Of a stretch of 12,962 nt of DNA, positions 1 through 5,962 are shown piece by piece. Position 1 is the stretch's first letter; the number at the start of each line of letters is the position of its first letter. Below the pieces are notes generated by a model, which was not told the DNA's origin, did not search any database, and worked only from the letters and a program-made list of their open reading frames with translations. Source of the DNA: Chthonomonadales bacterium (GTDB taxonomy: Bacteria > Armatimonadota > Chthonomonadetes > Chthonomonadales > Chthonomonadaceae); the NCBI GenBank assembly GCA_038217285.1, contig JBBQPO010000177.1:1-12962 (forward strand), in the 5' to 3' direction. A program made the position numbers and the translations under genes.

Positions 1-191
1 GATTCCGACGACGTCATAGTCTCCTCCTCTGGTTACGAACAGGCGCTATTTTCCGCAGCAAAATAGCTTGCATGAACACATCTGTAAGCTTACTCAAAGC
101 CACTAATAGATAAGGAAAGAGAACTTTCGTGCAACAGTGAAAGTAAGTTCCTTTCGTTTCCCGTTTTTCCCTTCCTACAGGAGACTGTCCC

Positions 192-764
192 ATGAATGAT
201 CAGACAGAAAAACTCTTCGAGCCTGCACCGATGCGCCTGTCGCGCCGCGCCTTGCTAACCGCGCTGGCTGCGGTGACCGCAACGCCGATGCTGACGAAGG
301 AGGCGCTGGCGACTCATCAGGCCGCTCCTTCCGTGCGCGAAGCAGCAGCCTCAGCGCTTCCACGGCGTATGCACACTGCGGTGGCGCTGAACAACGGACT
401 GGTGCTGGTAGCCGGCGGGTTCAACGAGGGCACCCTCGCCGACACCCAACTCTTCAATCCCACTACCGGCCTCTGGCATAACGCTAGGCCGATGCACACT
501 CCCCGCGCACAACACGCCGCCGTTCTGCTGGAGGATGATCGGGTGCTGGTGCTGGGCGGCTTCTACCAGGGCGCGCTGGCCGATGCCGAGATCTACTCGC
601 CTCATAACAACACCTGGACGCCTGCGCCGCAGATGGCAATACCGCGCTACGACCACACCGCTGTGCTCCTTGGCGACGGCAGCGTCCTGATCTACGGCGG
701 AACCTATCAGGGCACTCTGGACTCTCCGGAGATCTATTCCCTCGCTCACAGCGGCGGAAACTGA
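192..764 (+). CDS. Tat-exported Kelch-repeat (galactose-oxidase-type beta-propeller) protein, about 3 blades
   Basis: SRRALL twin-arginine motif, hydrophobic stretch and ALA cleavage site. Three Kelch repeats of the form R-x-x-H-x-A-V-x-L-x-x-x-x-V-L-(V/I)-x-G-G ... (F/Y)-x-P-x-x-x-x-W, the third truncated. RBS CAGGAGA at 178-184. Confidence 0.85.
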   Translation: MNDQTEKLFEPAPMRLSRRALLTALAAVTATPMLTKEALATHQAAPSVREAAASALPRRMHTAVALNNGLVLVAGGFNEGTLADTQLFNPTTGLWHNARPMHTPRAQHAAVLLEDDRVLVLGGFYQGALADAEIYSPHNNTWTPAPQMAIPRYDHTAVLLGDGSVLIYGGTYQGTLDSPEIYSLAHSGGN

Positions 765-875
765 TCCTGCCGCTGTCGTTTCTGTTGTTATCGACCCTCG
801 CCTGCCCTGGCAGGTCGTAGGAACATTCAAGCCGAATCGTTCCGCACCACGGATCGTTCTCAAAGGAGAAATATC

Positions 876-1280
876 ATGGCATTCGACGCTTTTATGAAGA
901 TCGAAGGTATCAAGGGAGAGAACCCTGATGGCACCATCGCCATCGAATCTTTTAGCTGGGGGGTGACATCACCGCGCGATTCGCAAACAGGCGCAGGTGT
1001 GGGCAAGGCGGTCTTCTCAGACCTGAACATCGTTAAACTGGTCGACACGACGTCGCCAAAACTGTTGGCTCTAGCGGCCGGTGGGACGCACCTGCCGGCC
1101 GTTCAGCTCACGTGCCGCAAAGCGAGTGGCGAACAGCACGTCGCGTCATACTTACTGGAGGGTGTTCTGATCGCCCTTCTACGCGATGGCGGCAACGTTC
1201 ACGGCGGCGAATTCCCGACCGAAGAAGTCTCGTTCAACTTCGCAAAGATTAAGATGAGCGTCAATCAGGGAAAGGCTTAG
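876..1280 (+). CDS. hcp: Hcp family type VI secretion tube protein (orphan, 134 aa)
   Basis: MAFDAFMKIEGIKGE, IESFSWGV, DLNIVKLVDTTSPKL, LTCRKASG and PTEEVSFNFAKI match Hcp1/DUF796 motifs. RBS AAGGAG upstream. Confidence 0.9.
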   Translation: MAFDAFMKIEGIKGENPDGTIAIESFSWGVTSPRDSQTGAGVGKAVFSDLNIVKLVDTTSPKLLALAAGGTHLPAVQLTCRKASGEQHVASYLLEGVLIALLRDGGNVHGGEFPTEEVSFNFAKIKMSVNQGKA

Positions 1281-1315
1281 CCGTCGTTTCCGGATCATAG
1301 AAATGGGAGTATACG

Positions 1316-1352
1316 AAGGGAGCCGGGTGCGATTGCCGCACCCGGCTCCCTT
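1316..1352. terminator. Perfect 16-bp inverted repeat, probable bidirectional terminator between convergent genes
   Basis: AAGGGAGCCGGGTGCG (1316-1331), 5-nt loop, CGCACCCGGCTCCCTT (1337-1352). Lies between hcp (+) and the protease (-). U-tracts are short on both strands. Confidence 0.7.
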
Positions 1353-1492
1353 GTCCGCCATCGCTCATAGGACCAAACCCAACCTTGACACTGTTGCTCC
1401 TTCGGTAGGAATAGCCGGGCTCCAGTCGCAGGGCGAAGCAGGGCAGCGTTGTCATGGGCGCTCCCCTCTCCCACGACGACGGCGGGCGCGGA

Positions 1493-2530
1493 TCAGGGCT
1501 GGGAGTTTGTGCCGCTCTCGGGCGCAAGAAACGGCAGGAACGCGACCTTTTTCGTGGTGAAGTTGAGCACGACGCGAAATCGGGCGAGGAAGTCGAGGCC
1601 AAGCACTGCGGTTTCCCGGCCGAAACCGGGCCTGGTATCGGCGGAGAGGTAGGCGACCCGCAGCGCTTTGCACTCCGCTTTGCCTACCGAGACCAGCGGA
1701 ACCTGAATCAGCGTCGCCTGGACCACTGCCCCCCCGGCCCCACCTAACTTCACGACCTCCAGCGGAAGCAGTTTCAGCTTTTCTCCGACGGACGCCGGGA
1801 TGAGCGTCAAGACGGTTCCTGTATCGAGCAGCGCCATAAAAGGTTTCGACTTCGGCAGCGACATCGCTACGTAGATGCGCCCATCGCGCAGAGTCATCGG
1901 GACGACGATGGCGCCTGCGGGCATTTTCACCTGCGGTTTGTCCAGCGAGCAAACATTGTGAGACACATCGAGCGTGACCTGAAACGCCGCCAGAAATGGG
2001 GTGCCCAGCCAGCCTACGGGGGCATCGGGATGGGGAGCGTGGGAGAGCAGCGAGACCACATCCACCTGCGCCATCGGAACGTCTTCCAGCTTCAACAGGC
2101 CGATCTGCAGACTCTTCAGCGTGGTTTCCGTCGCCTCTACCTCGCGGTCCAGAATATCGACACGTACTTTCGTCGTGCCTTCGGGGATCCTCAAACGCGC
2201 TATTGCGGCAGGACTGACGGTATTGGCGTTCATTCCCGTGGTAATTCCGAACCGCTCCGAGTTACCGTTAACCGTGATAATCGCGCTAGGGAACCCGAGC
2301 CAGGCACGCAGATTGAGGCTGACAGGCAGCACCGGACTCGCGGGCAGAACAATCGGGATCTGAAAAGGAGCCGTCGAAGGCGGTTGGGTAGCAGGCGTCG
2401 CAACCACAGGCGGCGGAATATTCGGAGGCTGTTGCCCCCACAGACCACAGACAGGAAAGCATAGCAACACTCCACAGAAGAGCGTGGCAGCGATGATATT
2501 TCCAGGCATAGGCGCCCCGTTCCATTTCAT
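1493..2530 (-). CDS. Secreted retropepsin-like aspartyl protease with two tandem domains
   Basis: N-terminal hydrophobic signal and Pro-rich linker. Domain 2 has ALLDTGT ... AVLGLDFL. Domain 1 has FGITTG ... GWLGTPFL. Confidence 0.8.
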   Translation of the reverse strand: MKWNGAPMPGNIIAATLFCGVLLCFPVCGLWGQQPPNIPPPVVATPATQPPSTAPFQIPIVLPASPVLPVSLNLRAWLGFPSAIITVNGNSERFGITTGMNANTVSPAAIARLRIPEGTTKVRVDILDREVEATETTLKSLQIGLLKLEDVPMAQVDVVSLLSHAPHPDAPVGWLGTPFLAAFQVTLDVSHNVCSLDKPQVKMPAGAIVVPMTLRDGRIYVAMSLPKSKPFMALLDTGTVLTLIPASVGEKLKLLPLEVVKLGGAGGAVVQATLIQVPLVSVGKAECKALRVAYLSADTRPGFGRETAVLGLDFLARFRVVLNFTTKKVAFLPFLAPESGTNSQP

Positions 2531-2542
2531 ATCGTCGGCCCT

Positions 2543-2989
2543 CTAGCGGTGATTCTGTTCGACGATCTGCTTGATCGCATCGAGGGCCAACAGATAGACC
2601 AGCGTCCCGAGCCCGACGATCTGCCCGGCCACAACAGGCGAGATAACGGAGCGATGCCGGAACTCCTCGCGGGCATGAACATTGGTCAAGTGTACTTCTA
2701 TGGTTGGAAGGCGAACTGCCGTGATGGCGTCGCGAATGGCATAGCTATAGTGCGTAAACGCGCCGGGATTGATGACAAGGCCGTCGGCGCTAGCCTTCGC
2801 CTCGTGGATGACATCGATGATCTCGCCTTCGTGGTTGGACTGGAAGATACGGACTTCCATTCCGTTGGCCTGCCCTCGCACCTTGATCTTCTTGTTGATA
2901 TCGTCGAACGAGTCGCGCCCATAAACCTCGGTTTCGCGGTTGCCGAGCAGATTCAGGTTCGGGCCATGGATCAGGGAAACTCGAATCAA
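2543..2989 (-). CDS. aroQ: Type II 3-dehydroquinate dehydratase
   Basis: [44 protein letters not shown] and [16 protein letters not shown] motifs. TTG start with GGAGG RBS at 2995-2999. Confidence 0.97.
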   Translation of the reverse strand: MIRVSLIHGPNLNLLGNRETEVYGRDSFDDINKKIKVRGQANGMEVRIFQSNHEGEIIDVIHEAKASADGLVINPGAFTHYSYAIRDAITAVRLPTIEVHLTNVHAREEFRHRSVISPVVAGQIVGLGTLVYLLALDAIKQIVEQNHR

Positions 2990-3003
2990 ATTTGCCTCCG
3001 AAT

Positions 3004-3276
3004 CTATTTAATCGCGATGCTTGCGGGGTCGGCATCGGCGTTTAGAACGGTCGCTTCGTCCACCAGCAGAATGGGGATGCCGTCCCGAATGGGGAAAGCG
3101 TAGCGTCCGCAGGCGCAGTTCAGGGTGTTCTGGGCGGTATCGAGGGTCACCGCGTGATGCTGGGTGCAGCCGGGACAGGCCAGCAGCTCCAGAAACCAGG
3201 GATCGAGGGTCTGCGGCGCGGCCTTTTCCGGACTGCTCCCGGCTGCCCGCGCAGCGGATTCTTCTTGGGTCCTCAT
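3004..3276 (-). CDS. Trm112/YcaR-family small zinc-binding protein
   Basis: [14 protein letters not shown] ... [24 protein letters not shown]. Start moved to the ATG at 3276, 7 nt after the GT4 stop; the ORF track's 3402 start overlaps GT4. Confidence 0.85.
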   Translation of the reverse strand: MRTQEESAARAAGSSPEKAAPQTLDPWFLELLACPGCTQHHAVTLDTAQNTLNCACGRYAFPIRDGIPILLVDEATVLNADADPASIAIK

Positions 3277-3283
3277 CTCTTCT

Positions 3284-4423
3284 CTATTTCCTGTCAATTG
3301 CTGCCTGGTAGACTTCGAGCGTGCGGTGCGCGGTCGTCTCCCAGGCGAAGCGCGCGGCACGCAGGGGGCCACGGAGGGCCAGTTCACGGCGCAGCGCCGC
3401 ATCGTCCACGATGCGAAACAGGGCTTCGGCCCACGCTTCCGTATCGGTCGCCGGGACGATGAGCGCGGCTTCCCCGACGACCTCCGGCAACGCGGGCCGA
3501 TCCGACACCACGACCGGCGTCCCGCAGGCCATCGCTTCGAGCGGCGGGAACCCGAACCCCTCGTAGAGGGCCGGGTGCGCGAGCGCGGCGCAGGCGCGGT
3601 AGAGCCTGGGAAGGTCGGCGTCGTCTACGTAGCCGGGAAAGCGCAGGGCCAGCACCGCGATGTCCTCGCCACCCGCTTCGGCTTCGTCCCGCAGCGCGTT
3701 CTCCTCCGTTCCCCACCCCGCTTTGCCGACAAAGGCCAGGGTATGCGGAATCTCGAACCTCTTTTTCGCCTGCCCGAACGCCCGCGCCAGCATCCGCAGA
3801 TTCTTGCGGGGCTGCATGACGCCGACCGCCAGCAGGAAGGGCTCTGTCAGGCCATACTTCTCCGCGACGAACTGCCGTGCTTCGTCCGGGTCCACGTCCG
3901 TCCCGAAGCCTTCCGGCAGCCCGAGCGGAATGGCGATGACCTTCTGTTCCGGCAGCTTGTAGAGGCGCAGAATATCGGCGCGCGAGCTTTCGGAATCGGT
4001 GATCACGCGGTCGGCCTGCCGCATGGAGGGCGGCACGGTCAGGTTCATCAGCAGCCGATGTTTGAGCGGGAACCAGTGCGGATAGAGCCGAAACGAAATG
4101 TCGTGCACGGTGGTGACGACCGGGCAGGGGCAGAGCCTGCGCGGCGGGATCGTATACTGCACATGGATCAGGTCCGCCCGGTCCTGTCGCGCCGCATTGG
4201 GCAGGGCGGTCAGCGTCCAGAGACGTTCGTTCCGCGCTTCTATGACACGGCGCTCCACGTTCGGCAGGTCCGGCAGTTCGCCCTCCGGGATCGGCGCGCG
4301 GCTATAGACCAGAAACGTATCGTCCGGCGCAAGTCGCGGCATCACGCTCAGCAGGCTGCGCCAGTACGTGCGATCCCCGGTAAACCGTCCCGTCAGCGTC
4401 CGCCCATCAATGGCTACGCGCAC
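3284..4423 (-). CDS. Glycosyltransferase family 4 (GT-B fold, MtfB/WbaZ-like)
   Basis: MRVAIDGR start, VVTTVHDISF, ITDSESSRADI, VGVMQPRKN and the signature YEGFGFPPLEAMACGTPVVVS. GTG start with AAGGAGG RBS at 4431-4437. Confidence 0.95.
   Translation of the reverse strand: MRVAIDGRTLTGRFTGDRTYWRSLLSVMPRLAPDDTFLVYSRAPIPEGELPDLPNVERRVIEARNERLWTLTALPNAARQDRADLIHVQYTIPPRRLCPCPVVTTVHDISFRLYPHWFPLKHRLLMNLTVPPSMRQADRVITDSESSRADILRLYKLPEQKVIAIPLGLPEGFGTDVDPDEARQFVAEKYGLTEPFLLAVGVMQPRKNLRMLARAFGQAKKRFEIPHTLAFVGKAGWGTEENALRDEAEAGGEDIAVLALRFPGYVDDADLPRLYRACAALAHPALYEGFGFPPLEAMACGTPVVVSDRPALPEVVGEAALIVPATDTEAWAEALFRIVDDAALRRELALRGPLRAARFAWETTAHRTLEVYQAAIDRK
4256..4301. repeat. Direct repeat copy A, inside the GT4 5' coding region
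   Basis: CACGTTCGGCAGGTCCGGCAGTTCGCCCTccgGGATCGGCGCGCGG; 44/46 identical to 4777-4822. Confidence 0.95.
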
Positions 4424-4435
4424 CCTACAGCCTCC

Positions 4436-4540
4436 TTACCCTTCATCAGCAAGAACGAGTGCAGGGCGCAGTTTTGTATCAGACAGGTCTGAAAACGGAA
4501 AAGTGACAAGAACTACTTGACCGGCTGCAAGTGCTGCCAC
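4436..4540 (-). pseudogene. Truncated PemK/MazF-family toxin (34-aa N-terminal remnant)
   Basis: Manual translation from GTG at 4540 gives MAALAAGQVVLVTFPFSDLSDTKLRPALVLADEG*. This matches the PemK/MazF N-terminal pattern G-x-V-V-L-V-x-F-P-F-S-D-L-S-x-x-K-x-R-P-A-L-V-L. It overlaps the upstream antitoxin-like gene by 28 nt. Full-length toxins are about 110 aa. Confidence 0.85.
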
Positions 4541-4731
4541 GCTTCTTCCTCCTCAGGTCGATCCCAGTCTTCTGCAAGTGCGGCCTCCGACAACAGCGCA
4601 AGTTCGTTTGCACGCAACGGAGGTTCTTCGAGTATCATGACGAGTGCTCGACGTGCCTGCGGTAATGTGAGATTTTCGATTAACCGCACTGTACCTGTCT
4701 CGTCCACAATGGCTTCCAGAGTGTGAATCAT
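4513..4731 (-). CDS. Putative type II antitoxin (acidic 72-aa protein, DUF2281-like C-terminus)
   Basis: AAGGAG RBS at 4741-4746. N-terminal EAIVDETGTVRL beta-hairpin and acidic C-terminus LLSEAALAEDWDRPEEEEAWQHL. Directly upstream of, and overlapping, a PemK/MazF-like ORF. Confidence 0.7.
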   Translation of the reverse strand: MIHTLEAIVDETGTVRLIENLTLPQARRALVMILEEPPLRANELALLSEAALAEDWDRPEEEEAWQHLQPVK

Positions 4732-4776
4732 CCTTTACGTCTCCTTATAAGCTTCCTTGATTGGCGTCTTTTGTTG

Positions 4777-4822
4777 CACGTTCGGCAGGTCCGGCAGTTC
4801 GCCCTGCAGGATCGGCGCGCGG
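4777..4822. repeat. Direct repeat copy B, a stray GT4 fragment abutting the ATPase stop codon
   Basis: CACGTTCGGCAGGTCCGGCAGTTCGCCCTgcaGGATCGGCGCGCGG. The first 29 nt are identical to copy A, with 2 mismatches in total. Weaker similarity continues to about 4831. Confidence 0.95.
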
Positions 4823-5962
4823 TTACACCAGGCGGGCGACCAGGCTCTCTGTCTCCGAGTGAAACTTATCCAAAAGAGAACGTTGGGTCACACCTTTGAT
4901 TCCCATACGCGATGCCGCGACGTTCAAAACGTCATAACTCTCAGTCACGCGTATATCACTCAGCGGATCGAGGGTTCCCGCTCGCCAGTTGACGGTTTCC
5001 GCTTCTGCTTTGGCGACAGCACGCTTCTCCTCAAGGTAAAAGCGGTAAAGCCTGAGCGCATCGTCAGGCGATTGAATGGGAGGCAAACTAATCGTCTGTT
5101 CCAGCCTGCCCGCCAGTGCTGGCAGCATTTGCGAATATCTTCTTCTCGCATCCGGTGTCATGGCGAGTAAGAGAAATAAATGTTTAGGCAGTGCGTCAAT
5201 TAACGCCCGAATAGCTGACAGATAACGCACAACAACCGTAAGAGATTGTGCTCCTTGCTTTTCGAGTTCGTCAAGAAAGAGAAAGAGAGCCTTAAAGCAA
5301 CCTACGTCCAGGCTAAGGTACACCAGATCATGCATGGCTTGGGTCTTAGATTCAGTGGTATCCAGCCGGAACTGAACCCCAGTCTCCTCGGTGTGGCGCT
5401 TGAAGACGCGAAGCCCCATCAGATATTCAAGTAACAGTTCTGCCCTATGTTCAAGGTCAACACTGGTATCCCTCGCTAGTCGTGCGAATGCGGCCCGTAA
5501 TTCTGGGTTTTGTACGTTCGCTAGTAAAGACGCACGTTCGGACTCAGGGTATACCGCGAGTGCTTTGGACACACGGACTAGATGCTGCACACCGAACTCC
5601 TGCATTATACGACGAACGACCGCACCAAAATCCGGTTCAGGGTCTGCATAATAACGTACAATGTAGACACCCTCGTCCGCTGAATATATCTCTGCCAGTT
5701 CCCTTTTGTAGTACTCAAGAAGATTGGTTTTGCCAGTACCTTGTGTACCCTCGACGACAATAGCTTGTGTATTATGGTCGCTTATGAACGCTTGAAGTCT
5801 CTCGATAGCGAGATTGTCGACATCGGTTACGAGATGCGGATGTCCCATTGGCTGACTCGCTGGGGGAAAAGGATTCTCCAGTACGCCAAAGCGCTGGTAT
5901 AGGGTTTGGCGTCTGTTCGGACTTTGGCCTTCAACAAGTCCAAGTCGATCACGAAGACTCAT
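4823..5962 (-). CDS. P-loop (AAA+-like) ATPase, BrxD/DUF2791-like
   Basis: N-terminal ENPF, Walker A GTQGTGKT (aa 72-79), Walker B LFLFLDELE (D231-E232) after a long helical insertion, and ALAGRL (possible Arg finger) followed by ISLPP. ATGA overlap with the upstream gene. The family call comes from motif resemblance, not a search. Confidence 0.8.
   Translation of the reverse strand: MSLRDRLGLVEGQSPNRRQTLYQRFGVLENPFPPASQPMGHPHLVTDVDNLAIERLQAFISDHNTQAIVVEGTQGTGKTNLLEYYKRELAEIYSADEGVYIVRYYADPEPDFGAVVRRIMQEFGVQHLVRVSKALAVYPESERASLLANVQNPELRAAFARLARDTSVDLEHRAELLLEYLMGLRVFKRHTEETGVQFRLDTTESKTQAMHDLVYLSLDVGCFKALFLFLDELEKQGAQSLTVVVRYLSAIRALIDALPKHLFLLLAMTPDARRRYSQMLPALAGRLEQTISLPPIQSPDDALRLYRFYLEEKRAVAKAEAETVNWRAGTLDPLSDIRVTESYDVLNVAASRMGIKGVTQRSLLDKFHSETESLVARLV

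Noticed and set aside
1394-1406. ACCGAAGGAGCAA (minus strand) as part of a glycine riboswitch or SRP RNA loop
   Set aside because: The CUCUCAGG element of glycine riboswitches and the CAGG of SRP helix 8 are missing, and it lies downstream of a gene.
1385-1412. TTGACA as a sigma70 promoter
   Set aside because: No good -10 hexamer at 16-18 nt spacing, and it would only drive antisense transcription.
1261-1455. 64-aa minus-strand ORF MTTLPCF... with a purine-rich upstream stretch
   Set aside because: Runs through the terminator hairpin into the end of hcp and has no recognisable motif.
3164-4492. 442-aa plus-strand ORF
   Set aside because: Antisense shadow of the GC-rich GT4 gene; Arg/Gly-rich with no motifs.
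4256-4822. Repeat pair as a diversity-generating retroelement TR/VR or a CRISPR repeat
   Set aside because: Only two copies, the mismatches are not consistently adenine-specific, and there is no reverse transcriptase, cas gene or spacer array.
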